Positions 1 through 12,168 of a DNA stretch of 64,000 nucleotides are shown in pieces. The notes below the pieces were generated by a model. It saw only the letters and a list, made by a program, of their open reading frames with translations, had not been told where the DNA came from and made no database searches. The position numbers were made by a program, and so were the translations under genes. Origin of the DNA: Antedon mediterranea (lineage: Eukaryota; Animalia; Echinodermata). Each line of letters begins with the position of its first letter. Position 1 is the stretch's first letter. The DNA lies in NCBI RefSeq assembly GCF_964355755.1, contig NC_092671.1:25246070-25310069 (forward strand), in the 5' to 3' direction.

Positions 1-80
1 ACGTTTATTCTCTCTCTCCCCACCTTAAATACAACAATTATATTTTTGTAGATAAATATCTTAAGTATAGGCATCCAAAT

Positions 81-156
81 GAAGTTGGATAGCCGAGTGG
101 TTAGGAAACTTGACTGTCATACAGATAGACCTGGGTTCAATTCCCGACAACTCCCA
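81..156 (+). pseudogene. tRNA-derived sequence (tRNA-Asp(GTC)-like pseudogene or SINE head)
   Basis: Pol III A box TAGCCGAGTGGTTA (90-103), B box GGGTTCAATTCCC (133-145), anticodon-loop-like ctGTCat. The stems are imperfect, so it is not a functional tRNA. Confidence 0.5.
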
Positions 157-234
157 GTCCATTAAGATGGATAAAAAATATAGATTATTATAAATATAGT
201 TTCTTTCCTTCCTATAACTCCATGTGCGTTAAAT

Positions 235-515
235 TTACTCAACAACAAAAATGTGGCAACCATCTTGTCCAAATTTATATTGCGCGTGTTCTCCTTCGGA
301 ATGGAGTGCGTCGCATTTCAGTGCGTTTTCCGACGAACTCTCAATCTGGAACGCGTTGCATATTTTGTTTGAAACGCAAAAATAAAAGCATTGAATGTGA
401 CTGCGGACAAACGCACTTCCCAGAGTTAGATCAGTTAATTCACTTTCTTTCAGACAGACTGGATCAGCGCCTCTGCTCTTTCCATAAACTTCCTTCGATA
501 TGTACACGTGCCTCT
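235..515 (-). CDS. C-type lectin gene, exon 4 (terminal; PAN/Apple-like Cys-rich domain)
   Basis: Acceptor ttttttcag| at 516/515, phase 1, in frame with exon 3. Translates ERHVY...VRSHIQCFYFCVSNKICNAFQ...KC...GCHIFVVE*, a PAN-like Cys spacing. TAA at 237-235. Confidence 0.7.
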
Positions 516-963
516 CTGAAAAAAAAAAACATATTGTAAATGATCGAACAGAAATTGACCATGTTCCTTCAATTTTTTGTCTTCGATATGTTAATGTGCC
601 TCTCTGCATAAAAAAAATTGTAAATGTGAAACAAACAATTCTGTAAAATGACGGAATTCACAAACTTTAGATATAATATTTCAAAATCGCCGACTATTTG
701 TAAAGTAGTTTATAATATAATTTTAATTAATGAACAATGTGAATATTGTTGCGCAGTTTGAAATAGCCTTGAGGTTTATTGATTTTCCTCTATGGTACAG
801 TTTATTTTTGTGACCTCAGATTCTTTTTAAAGTAGTATCTTTTGGTGGTGAAACAAGGAGAATAACTTATTCTCCATGGTTGAACTAGGTCTGGGTGGGA
901 AGCTCACGGACAACACGTAGTTTCAAATAATATTTTTTATATATACTGTAATATAAGTTATAC

Positions 964-1113
964 CCTTTTCACAAATAGCATCGTGAACACCTTCCAAACA
1001 ATTGTCATCCACCCATTCCATTGACGAACACAACAATGCTGCACAGTCTGCCGAATACCGGTGGCCGCCAAGTACCTCTATATCGTAATCATTTGGCTGG
1101 CCAGGTATCCACA
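964..1113 (-). CDS. C-type lectin gene, exon 3 (CTLD C-terminal half)
   Basis: Acceptor ttttacag|, 150 nt, phase 1-1. WIPGQPND...DCAAL...WVDDNC...AICEK. Donor G|gtataa. Confidence 0.85.
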
Positions 1114-1535
1114 CTGTAAAATAAACATGTATTCTTATTTATATCCTAATGTATCGACATCGTGCCGGGCAAAGACGCTCTTTCTTTTCGGCAATTATTT
1201 CAAACCATCTGTAATATCCATAATCGATGACTTTGTAGGCTAGTATAGTAACCCTCCTGTTCATGGGACATCCCTATTATATGGAAATGAGGGCAATTCT
1301 GTTAATACGGTCAACTCCTACGCGAAGAAAACTCAATTGAGGGGACAGTTTTGAGCGTGTCCTATTATGAAACAATATTTTTCAACGACAAAAACAAACA
1401 AAAAAGACAAAATAATTATATTCATTTCTATCCTTTAGGCATGCAGCTACATAATATTATAAGAGCTTCAGACTAGCCTATCGTAATGGTAATTCTCTGT
1501 ATGTACCATTGCTTAATACTGTAGAGTAGACCTAC

Positions 1536-1790
1536 ATTCAAAGTTGTTATCCTCCACTCCTGTCCACTGCCAAACTCCTTCAACTTCTAAATCGTTAAAT
1601 CCGATCCAGTACGCTTGACCACTTATGCAAAATTCACTTATAAACGTATTAACGGCTTCAGTGTTTACCGTAACTAACGTTGCTGAAAAGCTCTTGCACA
1701 GTTGGAGTGAATCCATCCAGTTGAGCTGATTTTCAACAAATCTATAGCAACGGCGACCAAACGGATACCACAGATCCTGACAACCCGACT
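1536..1790 (-). CDS. C-type lectin gene, exon 2 (CTLD N-terminal half)
   Basis: Acceptor tttaacag|, 255 nt. GCQDLWYPFGRRCYRF...LNWMDSLQLC...YWIGFNDLEVEGVWQW. Donor T|gtaggt. Confidence 0.9.
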
Positions 1791-2216
1791 CTGTTAAATA
1801 CCATTACAACTCATAAACACTTTTAATAAGTTGATAGTGCTAATATAAATGTTACGACCGAATAATCCATCATCTAAAAATTTGGTGTTTCAGGAGTTAT
1901 TACAATAAAACTAAGCCAATAATCATCAACAGAAATATGTTTTACCAGCGTAATAAATCGGCTTCAACCCGCTATTAGATTGGACTGGATTTGATTAAAG
2001 ATTAATAATCTTTTTGTAAGAAAAAATTGGGTCGTTCTGAATCGATGTGTGCTTGTTGTACTTTAATTTAGATTCGAAATAAAAACTAAAAAACATTATG
2101 CCTATATATGGAAGGGGAAAATTGAAGTGAATAAAAATGGGTGAATCCCAAACGAGAAAAAAACATTATTATCTGTTAAACAAGTTGTTGATACAACAGT
2201 ATTTCCTTGTACTCAC

Positions 2217-2283
2217 CTACTATTCTGCTCGATACATGACTAGTGACAAACATACAAATAATAACAATCGTGAAACCATTCAT
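2217..2283 (-). CDS. C-type lectin gene, exon 1 (signal peptide)
   Basis: ATG at 2283, MNGFTIVIICMFVTSHVSSRIV, donor G|gtgagt. The four exons sum to 753 nt = 250 aa + stop. Confidence 0.8.
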
Positions 2284-2624
2284 AATTAAATTAGGCAAGT
2301 TTCCACCGAATTACTACACTGTTCCTTGCGAAAATGAAATAAATAATATATTTACTACACATATGAATTAGACTATGAATTAATTAATCACATAATAATC
2401 ATGCGTGTAAATATTGTCGCCATTGTACATACTTGAATATATTATAACGTCAATTGAAAGGTGTATTCATGTAGTACAATACTACTGTAGTAATTTATGT
2501 TCGTAGGCTACAAAAGAAATACATAATCAACTTTTACTGGAGGTATTTTATGGAGGTATTTTATTGATTATTTTAGAAGTAAAATTTTATCACTTGTAGG
2601 CTATTTCATCCGGTGCATGTTTAA

Positions 2625-3250
2625 AGACCCCTTCCCTGCAATTTTGGACGTTGTTTGGAAAATAATACATATATATCACTTCAAAAACATTAAACCATGT
2701 CATTCCTTGTCTTAAATGTACGTTTTATGGTAAATTATGATAAAAAGTGAGAAACAATGCACTACCTAAGTAGCTCGCGGCGATCGACCTCTCGTGGACG
2801 GTCTTAGGCCTAGCCTGGCTAGGCTTAGTTTTTTAGGCCTAGCTGGTAAACATCGGTAACGTACGAACATCGTACGCTAGCTATATACCTAGCCTGACGT
2901 TGTATAGTTGCTGCATTAATTGTCTTTCTATTTTTGCCAGACTCCGTTGATACAAATTGGGAAAAACCCGATATTTTCGCTGAAAAGTTAGGAGTCTTCC
3001 ATTTGTTTTGGCCTCACGATCGATCGAAAAGTGGGCGAATTACTGGTGAAAAACAAAAATATCAATCCGCGCGCAATGCATTTTGGGATTTATAGCGGGC
3101 CGCTATAATTATTAAAATCGACTTATTTTTCACATTTTTAACCGTTTAAAGACGAAAAAAGTTATCGCAATAGGACCATATAGTATTATTTTTACATTAA
3201 ATATAGTTTGTGATCTTAAATTAGATCTAAAAAACGTAGGGAATGGGGCT
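2625..3250 (+). mobile_element. Non-autonomous Kolobok-like DNA transposon (MITE)
   Basis: TTAA on both sides (2621-2624, 3251-3254). AG...CT termini with imperfect TIR (agaccccttccctgc / gtagggaatggggct). A second copy lies at 51883-52302. Confidence 0.75.
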
Positions 3251-3371
3251 TTAAATACCTTGTCAGACCAAAGCAATATAACACACTGAGCTCGCCTTGC
3301 CAAGGTAGTGAACTCGTAACAGTCCATAGATCTTCTTCATCTGACTGCGACAAATACTGTACCAACAGTAC

Positions 3372-3492
3372 TCGATGTATCTAGCGAAAATCCTAAATGA
3401 CTTAGATTAGACTTTGCAGATGACATCGCCCTGCTTGAGTCTTCTATACCTTAATACCCAATCACAGCTAAACAATGCTGCCACTGACCTAG
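3372..3492 (+). mobile_element. 5'-truncated RTE-clade LINE, left piece (RT domain)
   Basis: KILNDL..DFADDIALLESS...QSQL..AATDL; continues after the Academ insertion at 11483 (GLIISAPKTE). Confidence 0.8.
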
Positions 3493-4110
3493 TAGACCGG
3501 CAGCCCAGAGACATTTGGTTAGATGAGCTAGGTACCAATATCTGACTATTTAAGTGTGTAGGGGGTCACTTGAAGTCAATAAAAATGGGAGTCTGCCGGG
3601 TACCCCCTGCTGCGTCTAGACCGGGTGCTGCGTCTAGACCGCGGGACCCCGAAAAGTGCCGAAAAAAAAAATCGGCACAGGTTAGATGAGAGAGATACCA
3701 CCTAATTTCACCACCATGGGATGCTCATTGGCATCCTTATACCAGTATCACAAACGACAGACTTTTTGTCTGCTGCAATAGGCCCGCCAGACTCCCCCGA
3801 GGGAGGGCCTAAAATGGGGGTAGCATAGATGAGTGAGGTACCACTCAAAATTAATGCCAAATGAACAAGTTGTATTCATACAATACTAAATGGATAACAA
3901 CAGACTAATTGTCTGCTGCACCGCAAGTACCAGACACCCTAAAGTTAGACTAGAGACCCTCCCTTCCCCCAACTAGCCCAGCTTAGATATTGGAGATTAC
4001 ACCAGCAACCAATGTTATATGATTTAGCACATTGTAAGCAATACCAAATGATTACAGACTATCTGTACACTGCCTTGGCCCTGGCAGACCCCTCTAATAA
4101 CTAGAGACCC
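3493..4110 (+). repeat. Left long TIR of Academ element
   Basis: Reverse-complement match to ~10731-11479; the inner boundary is approximate. Confidence 0.85.
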
Positions 4111-5299
4111 CTTATCATAAGTATACCATACCTTAGATATTGTAGATACCACCAGCAATCAATGCCAAATGACAATACTAAATGCCTATACAATGCCTTG
4201 GTCCTAACAGACACCCTCTACCCCGCCCCAACCAATGTTATACCTAACTGTAAAAAAATAAACTTACATTAAAGTTTTTACAATAATACTGCAAAATGCA
4301 GCTTTCTAATTCGCTGATTGTTGGCGTGCGGTCATGCGTGCAACTTTTTAATTTATAGAATCTAACCAATGTTTAACCTAACTGTAAAAATTAAAATAAA
4401 GTGTTTCCAATACTGCAAAATGCAGCTTTTTAATTCGCTGATAGTTCATATGCAGTCATGCATGCAATATTCTGTCTATGGTAAGTTTTTCCAAAGAATA
4501 TATATTCTTTGGTTTTTCTTCCATAATTATTTGTTTGGATTTACAGTGATATATATTCTTTGGTTTTCCTTCCATAATCATTTGTCTGGATTTACATTAT
4601 TTTAGGTTAGAAACGATTTTCGTTATTACAATATTATAAAGTTAGTACACTGTGTTATGAGTATAGCATAGATTAAAAATTTCCTTTATTTATTACTTGG
4701 CCCATGGAGGTATAAATTAGATGGTCTAGGCCTGACATTTAGGTAGGCAGGCAATGACTAGGCCTGGGTTGGTGTAGTGAGTGGTGGACCATACCTATCC
4801 AAACTTGATCAGGCTACTTTAATAACTGTAAGACCGGGCATATCTAAAGAAAGAGCTTACACAAGAGCCGGCTGTTGGTATGACTATGTTGTCTACGATT
4901 TATTTAAATGAAAAATAGTACAGTTAGTATACAAATAGGCTTAAGTATAGTTTATACTTATAGCTGGGAATGAGGTACTCTCTAAATACAATATCTTGCA
5001 AAATGTATGATTAGCACTCAGTTATTTGTAAATACATTTTCCTTGTTTCTCAAGTTCCAGATAACAAATTAAGAAGATTCATCATTCTATGGTTATGCAT
5101 AGTGAAATGGAAGGTGACATTTTGGATTCTGCATTCCAAATGGTTAGTTATATTTTGGTTTATTGCAAGCTTTCTTTTAAAAATGCGTGTATTATCTATT
5201 ACGGTACATAATGGGCATCTTAGCATCTGTCAGTTGGCAATTATCTGTTTGAAATCATTAGCCTATAATTTCTTATTTAGTGTATACTCTGTTTATTAG

Positions 5300-8200
5300 G
5301 AAACTGATCAACAACAACAAAAAAGCGTATGTATCGACTTCAGATGAAAAAGACGATAAAACATGGGAAACTCTAAAACAAGCAGCTGAAAGTCAGACTA
5401 CAATTGCAGACTGACAAATATGTAAATATAACAACTGAAATTAACTTGCAATCAAACAGATTCAATGTATACTATCATACAAAACCATGTTACAAAAATT
5501 TCACTGCAGTTAGAAAGCGACCAGCTTGTCAAAGTGTACATGAGCCTCCTCAGAAAAAGCCAGAGACTAGGAAACATAGTTCTCTTCCTGTAAGCGACTC
5601 AAAAGGCTTACTTAAGGGATCGTGTATCTTCTGTACAAAGATTAGAAAGACAGTAGGACGGAGAGTAGAACAACTATCAGATTGTCTAACAAAGGAAGGC
5701 TGCAACAATATAGCTGAAGCAGCCCCTCGTAGCACGAATGAGCGTGTCAAAGCATTACTCAGTGGTGGAATTGATCTTATTGCCAAGGAGGCGCAATATC
5801 ACAAATCATGTCGTCGTGAGTTCTTGTCGAAGAACCTACTTTGCAGACACCAAACTTTAGAAACAGAGAGCTACATACAATAACTTTTAATTCTATTGGA
5901 GAATTCATTGAATCAGAAGTGATCATAAATCAGCAGGCAATGTTTGTTTCATCATTGTTTGACTTGTACAAGACAGAATATTGTGCGAATGGAGGAACAG
6001 AAGACGCATTCGACTGCTACACAGCACAGGCCTTAACAAGAAAAATTAAAGAAAAATTTGGAAATAACATATCGATCATGCTCTTTAACAGCCATAGAGG
6101 GAATTTGTGTACAATTCAGTTTTGTCAGAGGAAGATGGAAAATCATGTTTGCAGAATGAGAAAGAGAAACACCAAAATACTCTAAGAAGTGCAGCCCTTC
6201 GCCTGAGAAAAGAAATGTTGTGTATGACTAAATGGGAAACACCTACTCCTACATCCATTGAGTCCTTAAAGACCTGCTCACCGGATCTACCAGAGGATCT
6301 GCTGTTCTTTTTTAGGAGCTTACTCTGTGGCCTTCGCAAATCTACCGGTGATACTAACAAAGCCATCATAGACAGAAAAGTAACAGCAATGTCATCTGTC
6401 TGTCGTGTTCAATACATCACATGGCTCAGTACATCCATGAAAGCACACTGTACTTGGTTTGGGCATAGGAACACTGACAGGATCTAAATTGATTCTTCGT
6501 ATTCTGAACCGTCTAGGATACAACCTGAGTTAGGACGAAATAAAATCCTTAGAAACCGAATTCGCATTTTCAACAGAGGAAAATGATTCAGATTCACCAG
6601 ATGGTATTGAGTTAAAGTCAGATCTTGGAACAGGACTTGCTTGGGGCAGCTATGATGTTAACATGGAGACATTAGATGGAAAAGATACTTTACATGCAAC
6701 TGTCGGGATTTGTTACCAGAACAAAACAACAGAAGAACCAGTACATACAGACCATTTTCCACTAAGAGTGGAAGAAACAGGCGTAATTTCAACGGAAAAG
6801 AATGTGATATTACACCAATGCACCACCAGCTGAGTAAAGCGACTTGTGAACTGTCAGCATCAGAGCACCAACATCAAATTATAGCAACTACACAACGTAA
6901 AATTGATTTCTATTGGCTAATGAGATTTCAAGTTATGCCACAGCCACTCTTTGTAGGATTTTTTTCACAGTTTGTCCATGATGAATTACCAAAGCAGAAA
7001 ATATGTTACATGGATCCTATAGCTTCACCACCAACAAGAAATGACGTCGTTCCAGAAACTATGGTGAGAAGTATGAAGGTAGCTTATTGGAAACAAATCA
7101 AGACTACGCCATTGTTTCATATGATCTTGCAGTTGCTCTTAAGGCATACTCCATTCAGTCACTTGAAGCTCCACTTTTTGATCGTCTGTTGATAATGTTG
7201 GGTAACTTTCATCTAGAGTTAACATTTTATGGTGCTATGGGAACCTACATCAATGAATCTGGGGCAGAATACCTCCTAACAGAAAGTGGAATATTAGCAG
7301 AAGGTTCTCTAAATGGATTCATACGAGGGAAATACTACAATCGCTGCACCAGAATTCATGATATTTTGGCTTTAACAATGGAAAGAAAGCTTTATAACAG
7401 TTTTCTGTCAAGTCTGCCACAGGAAAAACAGGAAGCAATATGCACATGGTTAAAAGATGCCACAAGCGATTGCAGCGTGATGGAAGAGTTTCTTGAAACA
7501 AGTCAGGTATTCAGGGAGCATATTGAGCAATATGAGAACTTCTTCACTGGGGTCATGCAAGATGTTTTGGGACCAACAGCACAATACTGGTGGTATGTTT
7601 ACATGATAAATCGCATACACCGTGATCTTATGCGAGCTGTGCCATTTTTTCCAGCAGTTATTGATGTTTTTTTAATCTTAACCGTCCTAACTATGCTCGC
7701 TGGGGAGTGCTGTATCTGGAGAAGCTTAAAACATCAGACCCAAAGATTATGTCAGTTCTAAAGAAAGGAGCGTTTTCTATTCGACGGATAATGAAAGACT
7801 TCTCTAGAACTGCAGTAGACTTGTCACTCAAGCAAATGGTAAACAGAGATGCAGCATCACCAATGAAAGGGATAACTGGCTTCCATGACTCTACGAATGC
7901 TATTCGCCGATGGTGTATCACTTCTACCCAACGAGGAATGGCCACTACTCAGTTAAGACGACTGGCAGGACTTCTACCAGAAGAACAGGCAAGAACACAG
8001 CTTCATTCAAGCAGAATCAAGAAGGATAACCAGCAAATCGACGCTCTACTTCATGCAGTGAAAGAGTCTTGTGATCCATTTTCTGCATCCGCATCAACAT
8101 TTACAATGCTGTTGAATATCGCCACAGGAAAGGGGGCCTCGGTGTCAACGCAAGAGTACCTCACAAATTCGTTGGAAGCTGGCCATAATCTACACGAGAA

Positions 8201-9890
8201 ATTCAGAAATGAGTGTGCTAATGATAATTCCAGATTACTGAAACCAATCAAACGAAGAAAAGTCCAGAATTTTGCAAGTGAGCATGCAAAACCCAAGCAG
8301 AAAAACAACAACAACACAACAGTCAACAGTTTGAGGGACAGTTTCATCCATATGATGGTAGTCATTTCACAGAACACAAACTTCCACCTGCAACATGTCT
8401 TAACTCATCCCATCACAGACGTCCCATTGTCCATTGCTCAACCTGATGGTTCACAGGTTAAAACCTCAAAGAGTAAGCTACTAAACAAACTTGAGTCAAT
8501 GCAAGAAGGCGTGAAAAGTCTGCCTCATATCAATGCAACATTAATCGATGGGGGATTGCTGCTCCATTCATTCCTTTCAGCAATAGGCCACATCTCCTCC
8601 TATGGAAATTTAGCAAGACGTATGTTAGGTCACATTTGCTCCAGTAAGGGAATGCAAGTTCATGTCCTCTTTGACAAATACATGTCTTCATCCCTTAAAG
8701 AAAGTGAAAGAAAATTACGCGGGGCCAATGATCAACCATTCATTATTAGTGGTAGTGAGCATTACACCGAAACAAAACTGCCAAAAGTTATTACAAAATG
8801 GCATATTCAAAGACCAACTGGCAAAATTTCTTCTACAAGAATGGCAGAAAGATCAATATGGACCTATCTTAGACAACAAGACACTGATTGTATCTCATGG
8901 AGGACAGTGTGTGCGCATTACATTCAACCAAATCAGTCATAAGATGAATGTTGACTATCCCGATGCATTGCAGGGAATACATGAGGAAGCAGACACCCTA
9001 ATTGCGTTTCACGCTGCTCATGTTCCTGGATGTGTATTGGTCAGAACCAGTGACACTGATGTGATTGTAATACTTGTGGGCATGCTTGGTCGCACTTCAA
9101 TGGATGGGAGACAATTGCAGGCAAGAATAATGGACTGTGGTTCTGGAAACAAACGCCGGTACATAGATATTACAAGTATCGTAAAGACAATGGAGAGTAA
9201 AGAACAAGGACTTTCTGCTGCAGTTCCAGGTCTGCATGCCTTCACAGGCTGTGATTTTACAGCCGCTTTTTACAGGAGGGCAAAACAAAACCATTTGACA
9301 TCCTGGAGAATGACAGCAAACGGAAATTTATCAAATTCTTTTGCAACGTGTCCTCCAGAGAAGAGCCAAGCCGTCAAATAGCAGAAGAATTTGTATGCTG
9401 CTTATATGGTGTGAAAGGGGTTAAAGATGTGAATGGTGCAAGGCAGTTCAAATGACAGGAAAAATAAGCAAGGTGATATTTTCTGACATGAGTGTAAATT
9501 AAAATACACATTACTTTTTATTTCCATTTTGTTATCCTTAATTGTGTGTTTGTCTTTGTAGGAAAACCCAATGACCAACATAAAGAAAGTTGACTGTGCT
9601 CTGCTACCACCTTGTTCCAAGACTCTATGGAAGAAGACACAGTGTGCACATTATGTGAGCATCATCTGGGGTAATTCAGACACCGCGCAACCAGACAAAG
9701 GTTTGGATCCACTGCAATACGGATGGAAAAAAGAGAATGAGCATTTATATGCCTGACTGGTTTCCAGAATCGGCATTACCCGAAAACCTTTTTGAAGATG
9801 TACCTGTGAGCGTTAGCGAAACTAACAAAGATGATATAAGTTCTGGGCCGGAATGGAGCGATGACTCTGACAGTGAACTTAAAATGTTCT
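5300..9890 (+). pseudogene. Academ transposase with XPG/FEN1-like nuclease domain, frameshifted
   Basis: Motifs across ORF pieces: YHxxCY, CIFC, AKEAQYHKSC, ETLDGKDTLHATVG, SYDLAV, MLGNFH, GKYYNR, LIDGG, VLFDKY, HEEADT, DTDV, HAFTGCD, LPPC, DPLQYGW. Many frameshifts and stops; probable intron at ~9473-9561. Confidence 0.85.
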
Positions 9891-10730
9891 GTTTTTAGAA
9901 ATTAGAAATTTAATTCATAATTCTCCCGTTATACCGTTTTTATGCTTTTTATTTAATATAAATGTTTATAGGTCCATGTCAATACAATTATCCAACTCTC
10001 ACTAATGCAGCGAGGGCTACAATATAATATTTACTTTAACATGTACGTTTACATAGTAATATCTAGTGTTTCGAAAAAAAAAATATATTAAACACAATAA
10101 TTATTATTTTAAATACTTTTAATACTTTTAACCAAGTTTGGTCAGTATATGTACATTTAAACACATTTTAAAACCATTAAATGTTAATAGTAGATTCTAT
10201 TATAAAAATATTAAATATACTATTTTAATCAGCATTGGGTTACAGAGTACTTTTATTGTAAAAGTTATTTATTTAATACTTTGTTCAAAATAATGATTAT
10301 ACTCTTCTAATAAGCATTGGGCTAGATATGTACAGTAGTATGTATCTATTAAAAAAGGTACTTAAACAAAATTAGTATAATCTTTTATAATAAGCATTGG
10401 GCTACAGTACTTGTTGAAAATATATTAATATACTCTTCCAATTAAGAATTTGGCTACAACTACAGTTTTTTACTTACAAATTGTTAATGTACATTATATA
10501 TATAACAAAGAAATATTTAAATAAAAAGAAAAGTTTCATTGTAAAGGTTATTTATTTAATACTACTTGGTTTGGTCAGAATTATGTTAAATAGTAGTACA
10601 TAATAACCACATTATGTTACAAATAATTATTATTATACTCTTCTAAAAAGCATTGGGCAACAGATCGTTTTTTTTACTTAAAATTGTATAGTACAGGTAG
10701 GCTATACTTGGGGTAAATGGGCGGGTAAAT

Positions 10731-11479
10731 AGGGTCTCTAGTCGAACTTTAGAGGGGTCTGCCAGGGCCAAGGCAGTGTACAGATAGTCTGTAATAGGTC
10801 ATTTGGTATTGCTTACAATGTGCTAAATCATATAACATTAATTGCTGGTGGTATCTACAATATCTAAGCTAAGCTAGCTGGGGAAAGGGGATCTGTAATC
10901 GACCTTTAGAGGGGTCTGCCAGGTTCAAGGCAGTGTACAGATAGTCTGTAATAGGTCATTTGGCATTGCTTACAATGTGCTAAATCATATAACATTGGTT
11001 GCTGGTGGTATCTCCAATATCTAAGCTGGGCTAGTTGGGGGAAGGGAGGGTCTTTAGGGTGTCTGGTACTTGTGGTGCAGCAGAAAATTAGTCTGTTGTT
11101 ATCCATTTAGTATTGTATGAACACAACTTGTTCATTTGGCATTAATTTTGAGTGGTACCTCACTCATCTATGCTACCCTTATTTTAGGCCCTCCCTCGGG
11201 GGAGTCTGGCGGGCTTATTGCAGCAGATAAAAAGTCTGTCGTTTGTGATACTGGTATGAGGATGCCAATGGGCATCCCATGGTGGTGAAATTAGGTGGTA
11301 TCTCTCTCATCTAACCTGTGCCGATTTTTTAGCACCTTTCGGGGTCCCCCGGTCTAGACGCAGCAGAGGGTACCCGGCAGACTCCCATTTTTATTAACTT
11401 TAAGTGACCCCCAACACACTTAAATAGTCAGATATTGCTACCTGGCTATCTAACCAAATGTCTCTGGGCTGCCGGTCTA
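10731..11479 (-). repeat. Right long TIR of Academ element, with an internal ~160-bp direct duplication
   Basis: Inverted match to the left TIR; the block ctttagaggggtctgccagg... occurs at ~10747 and ~10904. Confidence 0.85.
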
Positions 11480-12168
11480 TAGGGCTTATCATTAGTGCCC
11501 CTAAAACGGAGTTTGTGGTATCCAACTGCTGTTCACAGCCCCCACTTGAAGTTTATGGAAACGCAATAAACCATGCAACCAACTTCAAATACCTCGGCTC
11601 CATGATGGCATCTAGCAGTGGGGATTTTAAGAGAAGAAAGCGTCTTGCCTGGACAGCATTTTGGAAGCTAGCATGTTTGTGGAGATGTCCTAACATCCCA
11701 ATCTCCACCAAAGTAAAGCTCTACAAAACAACCTGTGTTACTGTCCTTGTGTATGGCTGCGAGTCTTGGGTCCTCTCTAACGCGAAGGAAAGTGAAATCA
11801 ACGCCTTTGGCACTTAGTGCTATGTAATCATACTAAATATCAGGAGAACAGATAGGGTGCCAAATTCTTCTATCTATGACCTAACCAAGACCAGACCGCT
11901 AGTGGAAAACGTTAGATCCCATCAATTAAAGTTCCTGGGCCACGTACTTCGAATGCCTGATGACGAACCATGCAAAGAGTAGGTTCTGTATGTTCCTCAA
12001 CATGGGACAAGAAAACCAGGAAGGCAGAGAACCAACTTTCTGAGATATATCCAACAGCTTTTGGGGGATGAAGAAGGCATGATTACCTCTGATAAGCTGT
12101 CAGAGTTACCCAAGGGCCGGAAAAAGCTTGTAGTCGCCTGCTCCGCAGTCAACTGATGATGATAATGA
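11480..12168 (+). mobile_element. RTE-clade LINE, right piece (RT C-terminus and 3' tail)
   Basis: GLIISAPKTE...FKYLGS...KVKLYKTTCVTVLVYGCESW...LKFLGHVLRM; ends in a tgatgatgataatga microsatellite tail. Confidence 0.85.

Larger units (their letters stand above)
3493..11479 (+). mobile_element. Academ (AcademX-type) DNA transposon, full length (7987 bp), decayed
   Basis: Termini TAGACCGGCAGCCCAGAGACATTTGG / CCAAATGTCTCTGGGCTGCCGGTCTA, 3-bp TSD TAG (3490-3492, 11480-11482), long TIRs, and internal transposase plus XPG/PIN nuclease motifs. Confidence 0.9.

Noticed and set aside
81-156. Functional tRNA-Asp gene
   Set aside because: The acceptor, D and anticodon stems do not pair in register.
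222-539. Plus-strand 105-aa ORF
   Set aside because: Antisense shadow of lectin exon 4.
5300-9890. Host XPG/FEN1 repair gene
   Set aside because: The nuclease motifs are fused to a transposase and enclosed by TIRs and a TSD, so it is an Academ element.
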